DNA from: an archaeon
GTDB lineage: Archaea > Iainarchaeota > Iainarchaeia > Iainarchaeales > CSSED10-239
Assembly: GCA_037147375.1 (NCBI GenBank)
Contig: JBAWVI010000003.1
Span: 1-17,948 of the forward strand
DNA: 17,948 bases
Direction: 5' to 3'
Every line of letters begins with the position of its first letter. Position 1 is the stretch's first letter. This document shows positions 7,534-15,040 of this stretch, one piece after another. The notes under the pieces were generated by a model. The model saw nothing but the letters and a program-made list of their open reading frames with translations. It did no database searches and was not told the DNA's origin. A program made the position numbers and the translations under genes.

Positions 7534-8079
7534 TTATTTATCTTCAACACCATACTCTTGTGCTAAGAGATCAATAATTACATCTATCTCATTTGTTTTT
7601 TTGTGGTATGGGCTTGATAAATAAAATACAGAGTTTTTTTTAACAAAATCATAATAATTTGGAATAGTATGTGCGTATTTATTTTTAATATTATTATAAT
7701 AATCTTCTATATTCTTTGATAAGAAACCAATTGCAAAGTTTGTATTATTTTCAGAAATTACTTCGGATGCTAGTAATACACTTTTATCTCTTTCAATAAC
7801 TCCAAGTAACTTCTTATATGCATCTTTATTAGATACATCTAATTGAAGATAAGACTTAGCAGATAAATCATACCCAACAAGTTTAGGATCCAGTAATGGT
7901 CTATACCCTGTAATAAACTTTTCTTCTTCAAAGAAATCAATTGATGATTTAATAGTTGCACGATGGAAACCAGTTACTTTCTTAATTTGCCTTATATTAG
8001 GTAAGACGCAACCCTTCTTTCTCATTGCAGTTAATATCTTTATCCTTATAGGATCAGTAATTTTCTTTACAATAGCCAT
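7534..8079 (-). CDS. Lrp/AsnC-like winged-helix transcriptional regulator
   Basis: 181 aa. The N-terminal HTH is DPIRIKILTAMRKKGCVLPNIRQIKKVTGFHRATIKSSIDFFEEEKFITGYRPLLDPKLVGY. It is followed by a RAM-like segment of alternating strand and helix (SYLQLDV...AYKKLLGVIERDKSVLLASEVISENNTNFAIGFL). Confidence 0.55.
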   Translation of the reverse strand: MAIVKKITDPIRIKILTAMRKKGCVLPNIRQIKKVTGFHRATIKSSIDFFEEEKFITGYRPLLDPKLVGYDLSAKSYLQLDVSNKDAYKKLLGVIERDKSVLLASEVISENNTNFAIGFLSKNIEDYYNNIKNKYAHTIPNYYDFVKKNSVFYLSSPYHKKTNEIDVIIDLLAQEYGVEDK

Positions 8080-8087
8080 ATTTAGTG

Positions 8088-8091
8088 CACC
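8088..8091 (-). promoter_or_regulatory. Shine-Dalgarno-like GGTG, 8 nt upstream of the regulator ATG
   Basis: The minus strand reads ...ACTATTTATATTGGTGcactaaatATG. Confidence 0.4.
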
Positions 8092-8126
8092 AATATAAAT
8101 AGTAGAAAGAAACTAATATAAATAGT
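8092..8126. repeat. Two exact 12-bp direct repeats AATATAAATAGT (8092-8103 and 8115-8126), 23 bp start-to-start, in the divergent regulator/rpoK intergenic region
   Basis: Read directly. On the minus strand each copy reads ACTATTTATATT, which is TATA-box-like. The distal copy is about 26 nt upstream of where a transcript carrying the SD would have to start. The proximal copy abuts the SD. A partial third copy, AAATAGTT, lies at 8181-8188. Confidence 0.5.
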
Positions 8127-8219
8127 TAGATTGTACGAAAAGTGACACTTATTACTTATTTTTTAAAATAACTATATTTAAAATAGTTTCTAGTGATATA
8201 TTTAATATATAAGTCTATT

Positions 8220-8227
8220 TTTATATA
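8220..8227 (+). promoter_or_regulatory. Candidate TATA box (TTTATATA) for the rpoK-rps17e operon
   Basis: It is centred about 31 nt upstream of the rpoK ATG and no SD is present. This fits a near-leaderless transcript. The background is AT-rich, so specificity is low. Confidence 0.3.
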
Positions 8228-8254
8228 AAATAAAGTAAATTTAGTTGATAAAAT

Positions 8255-8458
8255 ATGGAAAAATTAACAAAATATGAAGTAACAAGATTACTCTCTGCAA
8301 GAGCAGAACAAATATCATCTGGTGCACCTCCACTTGTGAGGACAAAGAAAGATGATACACCTTACGATCTTGCTATAAGCGAATATGAAAAAAAAAGAAT
8401 ACCACTTGCTGTAATTAGAACAGTAAATGGAAAAAAGGAAATTATAAGTGTGAGTTAA
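8255..8458 (+). CDS. rpoK: DNA-directed RNA polymerase subunit K (Rpo6, Rpb6 homologue)
   Basis: 67 aa. LTKYEVTRLLSARAEQISSGAPPLV matches the Rpb6/RpoK core signature (TKYE..R..g.RA.Qis.GAp). Confidence 0.9.
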   Translation: MEKLTKYEVTRLLSARAEQISSGAPPLVRTKKDDTPYDLAISEYEKKRIPLAVIRTVNGKKEIISVS

Positions 8459-8459
8459 T

Positions 8460-8738
8460 ATGGGAAAAGCAATGTCAAATGCCATCAAGGCAAAAGCAAA
8501 AATTGTAATAACTGAGTTTAAAGATAAGCTTAGTATTGATTTCAAAAAAAATAAAGATTTCTTAAAAAGTATGAATCTTCCATTATCTAAGTTAACTATT
8601 AACTTAATGGCTGGATACATTACAAGAGCATTCAAGAAAGAAAAGAAGGATGCTGAAGAACTTGCAAATCTTGGAACAAAGGGTAGAGAATACAAACCAC
8701 CTATGAGAGAAGCAAGAGATACAAGAATACATGGTTAA
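8460..8738 (+). CDS. rps17e: Small-subunit ribosomal protein eS17 (S17e)
   Basis: 92 aa. MGKAMSNAIKAKAKIVITEFKDKLSIDFKKNKDFLKSMNLPLSKLTINLMAGYITRAFKK follows the eS17 pattern (MG...vK..a..ii.......DF..NK......SK.lrN.iAGYiTr). Its start is 1 nt after the rpoK stop (TAA T ATG). Confidence 0.8.
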   Translation: MGKAMSNAIKAKAKIVITEFKDKLSIDFKKNKDFLKSMNLPLSKLTINLMAGYITRAFKKEKKDAEELANLGTKGREYKPPMREARDTRIHG

Positions 8739-8745
8739 ACCTGTA

Positions 8746-8764
8746 TTTCTTTTTCTGTTTTTTT
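8746..8764 (+). terminator. Oligo-T tract after rps17e, an archaeal intrinsic-terminator-like signal
   Basis: The sequence is tttctttttctgttttttt, with runs of 5 T (8750-8754) and 7 T (8758-8764). It starts 8 nt after the stop codon, in the convergent gap. Confidence 0.5.
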
Positions 8765-8767
8765 AAA

Positions 8768-9703
8768 TTATTTTGGTTTATGTGCAATAATTAGCTTACA
8801 AAATTCAACTTGTTTAGTATGTGAACTTTTTTCAATTTCTGATTGTTTTACATCTACAAATATAGTGTGCATCTTTGTTTTATAATTTAATTTATTTAAA
8901 ATATCAATATAGTGTTTAGGATTAAATTGATGTTTTGCATAATCACGAAGACCAGATTCTGCGTCTCCTGAAATAAGTATTGTGCCACCTTTATTTGTAA
9001 TTCTATTAAACTCTTTAAATGTAATATCCAATTTAGATAAATCAAGATAGTTTACAATAAAAGAGAGATTTAATGTATCGAATTCATTATTATCAAAAGG
9101 TAATCTTTTTCCTTTATTAATTTCATTTAAATCTAATTTAATCCTTTTATTTGCTTCACTTCTTAGAAGCATTTCTTTAGATGTATCGATTGCAGTTATT
9201 TTTCTTGGAAAAGGAATTTCATTAAATTCTGGACTAAAATAATTCCATGAACCAGAACCAATATCTAAAATTCTACCGTGTGCATTTCCTCTTATAATCT
9301 TCCCTAGTACTAATTTATACTTTTCATTGAAAAATTGCCAATCTTGAACAGCAGATAAATCCCATCCATAATATTTATTTTTATTTTCCCAAGGTAGTTT
9401 AGATATTTTTTTTAATATTTCTTGTATCTTTACAGTATCCTTTTTTTGAATTGCTTCTTTTAGCTTAGTATTTAAAAATTTATATACTCTTAAGACTTCT
9501 GGCTTATTTTCTAATTTATAATAATTCTTTTTTTCTTGTCTGTACTCTTTTATTTTTCCAAACAAAGAAGTTAGTTTTCTGTTAATATCGTTCCAACCAA
9601 TCTTATCTCCTGTTCTCACATCTATGTGAGCATAAAAATCATTTATGTTTGAATTCCTAGAAACCTTTTTTCTGATGATTTTGTGAGGAACTATTTTTTG
9701 CAT
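8768..9703 (-). CDS. Class I SAM-dependent methyltransferase with an uncharacterised N-terminal extension of about 140 aa
   Basis: 311 aa. Motif I is RILDIGSGSWNYF, followed by ITAIDTS, a DTLNLSFIVNYL-type motif and NKGGTILISG. The N-terminal 140 aa are basic and helical with no motif I recognise. The start is 2 nt after the pelota stop. Confidence 0.7.
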   Translation of the reverse strand: MQKIVPHKIIRKKVSRNSNINDFYAHIDVRTGDKIGWNDINRKLTSLFGKIKEYRQEKKNYYKLENKPEVLRVYKFLNTKLKEAIQKKDTVKIQEILKKISKLPWENKNKYYGWDLSAVQDWQFFNEKYKLVLGKIIRGNAHGRILDIGSGSWNYFSPEFNEIPFPRKITAIDTSKEMLLRSEANKRIKLDLNEINKGKRLPFDNNEFDTLNLSFIVNYLDLSKLDITFKEFNRITNKGGTILISGDAESGLRDYAKHQFNPKHYIDILNKLNYKTKMHTIFVDVKQSEIEKSSHTKQVEFCKLIIAHKPK

Positions 9704-9705
9704 AT

Positions 9706-10737
9706 TTAATATTCCAATTTATATCTTAAAACACCAATTATCCCACCAAATGATCTCAATGCTTCTGTGGTTTGATGTTCATTATCAACTATGTGAACCT
9801 TTGTTTTAATATTTTCTGCAGCTTTGATTAATAATTGTATTTTATCAAGATTATCTTTCCATAATTTTTCTGAAATAAGTAGATAATCTATTGCTCCAGT
9901 GCCAATAGCGTCTTGAATCTTCTTAAGACCATAAATTGCTTTTCCATTGTCTTTTCCTAGATATTCTTTAAAAGTGTCCAACATTTCTTGCTCTTTATAA
10001 ATAATTGAATTTTCAAAGAACTTACTAACTTCCTTTTTTGTAAAGAGTTCAGTAATTGCAGCTTTTGATGTATTAGATATTTGTATTTCAAGTGTTTTGA
10101 TTTTATTATTTTTATTTTTAACAAAATTTGAAAATAATATCTTTACGTGGCCTGGTCCAGCAATTATTATTTGATATTCTGTTTCTTTTATAAGTTCAAA
10201 TATTTTTTCAAAGAATGGAGTATAATCATAATTGTCAGAATATCTTTTCCCATGCTTTCCAGAAGGAATTGTTGCAATCTCTTTAACTCCAATATCTGAA
10301 AGAACAAAGGTATCAGCTTTCTCGTCATCAATTATTATAAGAAAGATTTTGTTTGTTATTGTTTTACTTGTTTTAATTAAATCAATCTCATGATCATATA
10401 GATTTTGCTTTAATAAAGTATATTTTTCGTTTAAAGATATTTCTAGAGTATGATAATCCCCAATTGGTGCAATCTCTTCTGGTCTTGATTCAATAATCTT
10501 ACCAGTAAACCTTAAGGAATCAGAAGATGAAGAATAATCAAACTTTTCAATCTTTATTGAAACAAAGATAGGTATTCTTTTTGAATCTCCAGTTTCATCA
10601 ATCTTTGATCTTCTAAAAGATGTGCCTTTAATTATATCTCCAACTTCAATTATACTTTTCAAGACCCATAAATCTTCAATAGTTTGAAGAGTAAACACAA
10701 GTTCCTTTTCTTTTTTGTTTAAGTGGATTACATTCAT
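9706..10737 (-). CDS. pelA: Pelota (Dom34 homologue), a ribosome rescue / mRNA surveillance factor
   Basis: 343 aa. The N-terminal Sm-like domain is LVFTLQTIEDLWVLKSIIEVGDIIKGTSFRR. The central and C-terminal eRF1-like domains include IIIAGPGHVK, KAIYGLKKIQDAIGTGAIDYLLISEKL and FGGIIGVLRY. Confidence 0.9.
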   Translation of the reverse strand: MNVIHLNKKEKELVFTLQTIEDLWVLKSIIEVGDIIKGTSFRRSKIDETGDSKRIPIFVSIKIEKFDYSSSSDSLRFTGKIIESRPEEIAPIGDYHTLEISLNEKYTLLKQNLYDHEIDLIKTSKTITNKIFLIIIDDEKADTFVLSDIGVKEIATIPSGKHGKRYSDNYDYTPFFEKIFELIKETEYQIIIAGPGHVKILFSNFVKNKNNKIKTLEIQISNTSKAAITELFTKKEVSKFFENSIIYKEQEMLDTFKEYLGKDNGKAIYGLKKIQDAIGTGAIDYLLISEKLWKDNLDKIQLLIKAAENIKTKVHIVDNEHQTTEALRSFGGIIGVLRYKLEY

Positions 10738-10754
10738 AAATTATCTTTCTATTT

Positions 10755-12284
10755 TTATTTAATTAAAGGCTTTGACATATAATCTGGAATTTTAATATCA
10801 AGTATTTTTAATATTGTTGGTCCAACTGATGCAATTGATGCATTTTTAAGTTCTTTAAGTTCATATTTGTTTTTTGAAACCACAATAAATGGAACCTTAT
10901 TTAAACTATGCGCAGTGGATATTGTGCCATCATGATAAATCATCTCATCACAGTTTCCATGATCTGCAACAAGCAAAAGAACTGTATCCTTAAAGTTTAT
11001 TTCTTTGATAATTTTACCAAGACATGTATCTATTGTTTCAACACCCTTTATTGCAGCAGGAATATTTCCAGTGTGCCCTACCATATCTCCATTTGCAAAG
11101 TTTACAAGTATAAACTTATAATCTCCTTTTAGTTTTGGAAGAAGCTTAGTAGTTATTTTTTCTGCTGACATTTCTGGTTCTAAATCAAAAGTCTTAACTT
11201 TTGGAGATGGAACTAAGATTCTATCTTCTCCAACATTAGGATATTCTTGACCAAGATTAAAGAAATAAGTAACATGTGCAAACTTTTCTGTTTCTGCAAC
11301 TCTTAATTGTTTATGTCCCTTCTTTGAAATTACTTGACCAATTCCTGGTTTTGGTTTAATTGGTGGAAGAATAACATTCACTTTATTTGATAAAGATGAA
11401 TCATATTCTGTTAGTGAATAAAAATTAACTTTTAGATTCTTTTTTGTTTTAAATTTATTGAACTTATTGTTTATAAACATATTCATAAATTCTCTTGCTC
11501 TATCACTTCTAAAATTAAAAAATATGATTGTATCCTTATTTTTTATTGTTCCTTCTTTAAGCAAAAGAGTTGGTTCTAGAAATTCATCAGTTATTTGTCT
11601 TTTATAACTTCTTCTAACAAATGAAATTGCATCATCTTCCTTGTTTCCAAGTCCATAAACTAAAAGATCATAAACTTTTTTTTGTCTATCCCAGTTGTTA
11701 TCTCTATCCATCCCATAATATCTACCAGAGAGAGATGCAATATGCACAAAAGGCATTAATCCAAGAGACTCAATTGTATATTTAAGTTTATGAATATAAG
11801 TAGTTATACTCTTTGGTGGAACATCTCTTCCATCTGCAAATAAATGCAAATAAACGTTCTTTAATTTCTTTTGGGCAACAACTTTTAGAATTGCAAACAA
11901 GTGATTTTGATGTGAATGAACTCCGCCATCTGAAAGTAAACCAACTATGTGAAGTGCATTATCTTTCTTAACTTTATTCATTGCAGATAAAAGAACTTTA
12001 TTTTTAAAAAATTCTTTCTTTCCAATTGACTTATTAATTCTAACAATATCTGATTCCAAGACGCACCCAGCACCAAAAGTTGAATGACCAACTTCTGAGG
12101 ATCCTAATTGCTTTGGAGGCAATCCCACATATTCTTCGCTAGCTCCAAGAATTGTATTTGGATAATTTTTAAATAATCTATTAAGAACTGGTTTTTTAGC
12201 TCTTGAAAATGCATTTCCTTCATAATCTTTATAAATTCCACAACCATCAAGAACTACAAGAACAACTTTATTTATTTTTTCCAT
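10755..12284 (-). CDS. gpmI: 2,3-bisphosphoglycerate-independent phosphoglycerate mutase, bacterial GpmI type
   Basis: Motifs are VVLDGCG, SSEVGHSTFGAG (catalytic Ser region), LSDGGVHSH, LFADGRDVPP, GDMVGHTG, VADHGN and TAHS. The track starts at a GTG (12296). I prefer the ATG at 12284 (MEKINK...) because AGGTGA lies 8 nt upstream of it. Confidence 0.9.
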   Translation of the reverse strand: MEKINKVVLVVLDGCGIYKDYEGNAFSRAKKPVLNRLFKNYPNTILGASEEYVGLPPKQLGSSEVGHSTFGAGCVLESDIVRINKSIGKKEFFKNKVLLSAMNKVKKDNALHIVGLLSDGGVHSHQNHLFAILKVVAQKKLKNVYLHLFADGRDVPPKSITTYIHKLKYTIESLGLMPFVHIASLSGRYYGMDRDNNWDRQKKVYDLLVYGLGNKEDDAISFVRRSYKRQITDEFLEPTLLLKEGTIKNKDTIIFFNFRSDRAREFMNMFINNKFNKFKTKKNLKVNFYSLTEYDSSLSNKVNVILPPIKPKPGIGQVISKKGHKQLRVAETEKFAHVTYFFNLGQEYPNVGEDRILVPSPKVKTFDLEPEMSAEKITTKLLPKLKGDYKFILVNFANGDMVGHTGNIPAAIKGVETIDTCLGKIIKEINFKDTVLLLVADHGNCDEMIYHDGTISTAHSLNKVPFIVVSKNKYELKELKNASIASVGPTILKILDIKIPDYMSKPLIK

Positions 12285-13275
12285 TTTCTTTTTCACCTTT
12301 CTTAATTTTATTAAATAATTGGAATGGATGCTTTACTTTACAATCAGCAACACAAAGCCCATTTCCTTTAATTGTATCACAGTTAGGTACAGAATATTTC
12401 TTTTCCATTAATGCTTTTATTTGATAAGATGCGATTTTTTCATCAAAGTTTGGGAGGTGTTTATAAATTGAAAGAATTTCATCATAAGAATATCCAATGT
12501 TTGATAAAAACACAGCAAGTGAGAAGTTTTCAATATGTGTTAGTTTTTCACCAGACATTATCTTATTATACATTTGCATAAAGCAAGGAGGAAATTCTTT
12601 ATAATCAACCTTACTTATTGTTTTTATATTATAAGTGTTTTCTTTAATTATTTTTTCTTTAATATATTGTCCATATTCTTTGAATGTCTTTGGAAGTTCT
12701 TTTTTTTCTATATTTATATTACTCAAGATTCTTTTCTTTAGGATCACAGATAATAGATTAATCAATTCTTCTTTTTCAAAATAAATTATTCCTGCTTTAA
12801 GATTAATATATTGTAATTTATATTCATCCCCAAGCTCATACTTTAGATAATCAATTAGATTAATTAAATATTTATGTTCTTGTTCGTTATATTTAATTTC
12901 TGGAGATAAATCTGCAAGTAGTTCATCAAGTTCAGAATCATCTTTTGAATTATTTAAATAATATTTAAATTGTTTTTGATAATAAACAGCAAATTGCTGG
13001 TATAATGGATTATAATCAACAATTGATAAAAGAAGACGAGAGATAGGGTATATTGTAACAAAGATATCTGCAATCTTAATATCATTTTCAGATAAATACA
13101 TTTTCCATTGTTTTTCTCTATCTTGAACTGGGAGATTAATTGTATTAATTAAAAACATTGTTGCTTTCTTAATTAAATTTTCATCAATAGATAATAAGTC
13201 AATGTCTTTAGATTTAAGATATTCTCTTGCTTTACTTGAAAAAGGATATTTAATTAAATAATTATATACAAGCAT
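12268..13275 (-). CDS. priL: DNA primase large (regulatory) subunit PriL
   Basis: 335 aa. The C-terminal Fe-S domain pattern is PPCF...IENFSLAVFLSNIGYSYDEILSIYKHLPNFDEKIASYQIKAL...YSVPNCDTIKGNGLCVADCKVKHP, with four Cys. Confidence 0.85.
   Translation of the reverse strand: MLVYNYLIKYPFSSKAREYLKSKDIDLLSIDENLIKKATMFLINTINLPVQDREKQWKMYLSENDIKIADIFVTIYPISRLLLSIVDYNPLYQQFAVYYQKQFKYYLNNSKDDSELDELLADLSPEIKYNEQEHKYLINLIDYLKYELGDEYKLQYINLKAGIIYFEKEELINLLSVILKKRILSNINIEKKELPKTFKEYGQYIKEKIIKENTYNIKTISKVDYKEFPPCFMQMYNKIMSGEKLTHIENFSLAVFLSNIGYSYDEILSIYKHLPNFDEKIASYQIKALMEKKYSVPNCDTIKGNGLCVADCKVKHPFQLFNKIKKGEKENGKNK
12293..12298 (-). promoter_or_regulatory. Shine-Dalgarno AGGTGA for gpmI, embedded in the last codons of priL
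   Basis: The minus strand reads aaAGGTGAaaaagaaaATGgaaaaa. The priL stop is at 12268-12270, so the two reading frames overlap by 17 nt. Confidence 0.5.
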
Positions 13276-13314
13276 AACTAAAATATATATGTAAAAGTTA
13301 TTAAATTAGTTTGT

Positions 13315-14178
13315 TTATAAGAAATAAGATGCTTCTATTAAGGCACCAATTGCAAGAAGCAATAATGCTAACATAAACATATGCATAAAATCAAGTAAAG
13401 CATCCCATTTAAAGTCCGTTGAAAATAAACCTCTAAATAAATCTCTTGCAAATATTGCTCCAGTTACACTAACTATAAAATATGCAAGTATTTCTGGCAA
13501 GCCATGCGGAAGATAACTAAAAAAGCTTAAAATTGTATTTCCTATTCCAGTAAAAAGAGGTATTATTCCTCCTGAAAAACCAGCAAATGATAAAGAAATA
13601 TCTTTAGCAATAACTGCTGCAAGAATTGATGAATTCCAAGCAATTAAAAACAAACCACCAGCACCATAGAAGAACGATAATAATGTTGCAGAAAGAACAA
13701 CTAGAAGATTATTAACCAAAACTAAGAAAAAAACTTCTTTAAACCTAGAAGTATGTTGTGATGTTCCTGCAAGGTTTCCTGTTGAAATTGAGTTTTGTAA
13801 TTCAGCTATACCATCAAGTTCTCCAAATTGAACAGAAAACACATTTGCACTTGTTTCATGTGGAAGAACAAGGTATGCCCCAACATAAGTTGCAAATATA
13901 CCTAAAAAAAACCATAATAAAAGAAATATTGTAGTTTTATGTCTACTAAAGAAGGGTTTATCAAAATTTAATAAATAAGAATCACGAGAATAAAGCTTAT
14001 TAAACAATGGAACTGCTCCAATTGTAATAAATGCTAAAACAGCTATACTTGTATTTGTTTTAGGAAATAAAAACATAGCAAATAAAATAGCAATAGCTGT
14101 AAGTATAACTGCATCAAAAAACATTAAGCCAGGAGATCTCCTTAGCTTATCAGTATTAATTAATAATTCTAGTACCAT
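13315..14178 (-). CDS. SpoIIM-like (DUF95) polytopic membrane protein
   Basis: 287 aa with about 6 TM helices. YLPHGLPEILAYFIVSVTGAIFA resembles the HG.(F/P)E motif of the SpoIIM family. The function in archaea is unknown. Confidence 0.6.
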   Translation of the reverse strand: MVLELLINTDKLRRSPGLMFFDAVILTAIAILFAMFLFPKTNTSIAVLAFITIGAVPLFNKLYSRDSYLLNFDKPFFSRHKTTIFLLLWFFLGIFATYVGAYLVLPHETSANVFSVQFGELDGIAELQNSISTGNLAGTSQHTSRFKEVFFLVLVNNLLVVLSATLLSFFYGAGGLFLIAWNSSILAAVIAKDISLSFAGFSGGIIPLFTGIGNTILSFFSYLPHGLPEILAYFIVSVTGAIFARDLFRGLFSTDFKWDALLDFMHMFMLALLLLAIGALIEASYFL

Positions 14179-14204
14179 TTTATCAAGTATTTATGTAATG
14201 TAAT

Positions 14205-14242
14205 ATTATATAAACATTTCTTATATATTATTATATATAAAC
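14205..14242. promoter_or_regulatory. Divergent promoter region with two TATA-like near-repeats: ATTATATAAAC at 14205-14215 and ATTATATATAAAC at 14230-14242
   Basis: Read directly in the 99-nt spacer between the SpoIIM-like gene (minus) and csl4 (plus). The left copy is about 32 nt from the minus-strand ATG and the right copy about 41 nt from the csl4 start. The AT-rich background limits confidence. Confidence 0.3.
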
Positions 14243-14277
14243 CTACACTAATTTTAATTATAATCAAATAAAGTGAA

Positions 14278-14727
14278 GTGGTATTCTTGAAAGATGAACA
14301 CGAAGAAAAGAAAGTATTACAGAAAATATTTAGTAAGATAAAACCAAAAGAATGTATTGATATTGGTGACATCGTTTATGGTAAGGTTGTTTCAGTAACT
14401 GATAAAATGGCATTTATTGATGTTGATTCAGTTGATGGAGAAAAAGTACTTTGCCCATCAAACACAGGAATATTATTTGTTAGCTCTATTGAAAATGGAT
14501 ATCTTGAAAAAGCTAGTGATTTAATTAAGAAAGGAGATTATCTAAAAGCAAGAGTAACAGATGCAAACAAGTTTGGACTTAAGTTAACTACTGCAGATAG
14601 AAATATGGGTGTAATTAGAGCTGTATGCACCTCTTGTAAAGAGCCTTTAAAATTAAATTTAGCATCACAAGAACTAAAATGCTTAAAATGTAAGTCTATT
14701 CAGACAAGAAAAATTGCAAAGATGTGA
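14278..14727 (+). CDS. csl4: Exosome complex RNA-binding cap protein Csl4 (S1 domain plus C-terminal zinc ribbon)
   Basis: 149 aa. The S1-like core is GDIVYGKVVSVTDKMAFIDV...GDYLKARV. The C-terminal part is GVIRAVCTSCKEPL...LKCLKCKSIQTRKIA (CxxC...CxxC). The only in-frame starts upstream of the S1 domain are GTG (14278) and TTG (14287), so this is a non-ATG start. Confidence 0.85.
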   Translation: MVFLKDEHEEKKVLQKIFSKIKPKECIDIGDIVYGKVVSVTDKMAFIDVDSVDGEKVLCPSNTGILFVSSIENGYLEKASDLIKKGDYLKARVTDANKFGLKLTTADRNMGVIRAVCTSCKEPLKLNLASQELKCLKCKSIQTRKIAKM

Positions 14728-14734
14728 ATGAAAT

Positions 14735-15028
14735 ATGGAAATGGAATTTATTAAAAAAAACAAAGACGAAATTGAAATTAAAATAAAGAACGAAGACACA
14801 GCTTTTTTTGATTTAATTGTTAGTATTGCTTCTTCAAAAAGAGAAGTTGATTTTGTATCTTTAAAAAAAGCAGATAACCTTGTTGAAGAATTCACATTCT
14901 ACTTAAAAACAAAGGGAGAACCTGCAAAAGATGTACTTCTTACTTGTATAGATGAAGCTGAAGAAAATCTTGGAACACTTGTTACTTATCTTGAAAAAAG
15001 TTTACCAGATAAAAAGAATAAAGAATAA
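14735..15028 (+). CDS. rpoL: DNA-directed RNA polymerase subunit L (Rpo11, Rpb11 homologue), divergent
   Basis: 97 aa. DEIEIKIKNEDTAFFDLIVSIASSKREVDFVSLKK...FTFYLKTKGEPAKDVLLTCIDEAEENL follows the RpoL pattern (l.f.i.gEDHTl.NlL...l....V.fa.Y.....p...i.T.g..p...l..A). The position directly after csl4 is a common archaeal arrangement, as far as I recall. Confidence 0.7.
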   Translation: MEMEFIKKNKDEIEIKIKNEDTAFFDLIVSIASSKREVDFVSLKKADNLVEEFTFYLKTKGEPAKDVLLTCIDEAEENLGTLVTYLEKSLPDKKNKE

Positions 15029-15040
15029 TTCAAATAAATT

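Noticed and set aside
8080-8254. Small ncRNA, C/D-box sRNA or tRNA in the only sizeable intergenic region
   Set aside because: I found no C (RUGAUGA) or D (CUGA) box pair, no tRNA-like GC-rich stems, and stops in every frame. The region is almost pure A/T and is adequately explained as two divergent promoters.
8315-8695. 126-aa minus-strand ORF spanning rpoK and rps17e
   Set aside because: It overlaps two recognisable conserved genes on the opposite strand and gives a hydrophobic, low-complexity shadow translation.
8460-8738. eS17 is about 25 aa longer at the C-terminus than the archaeal S17e proteins I remember
   Set aside because: The extension (…EELANLGTKGREYKPPMREARDTRIHG) is plausible as a lineage-specific tail, since eukaryotic eS17 is also longer. 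My memory of typical lengths is not precise enough to call it unusual.
10908-11132. 74-aa plus-strand ORF inside gpmI
   Set aside because: It is antisense to a gene with a complete catalytic motif set and has no features of its own.
12285-12296. GTG start (12296) for gpmI as given in the ORF track
   Set aside because: That GTG is part of the AGGTGA string, which makes a well-spaced SD for the ATG at 12284. The ATG start is more parsimonious.
12203-12424. 73-aa plus-strand ORF across the priL/gpmI junction
   Set aside because: It is antisense to both genes, and the junction is already explained by the overlapping priL stop and the gpmI SD and start.
14169-14372. 67-aa minus-strand ORF covering the SpoIIM/csl4 intergenic region and the csl4 5' end
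   Set aside because: It would run through the divergent promoter region and overlap csl4 antisense. The sequence is Ile/Phe/Ser-rich and low-complexity.
14683-14895. 70-aa minus-strand ORF antisense to the csl4 end and rpoL
   Set aside because: It is a shadow ORF opposite two recognisable genes.
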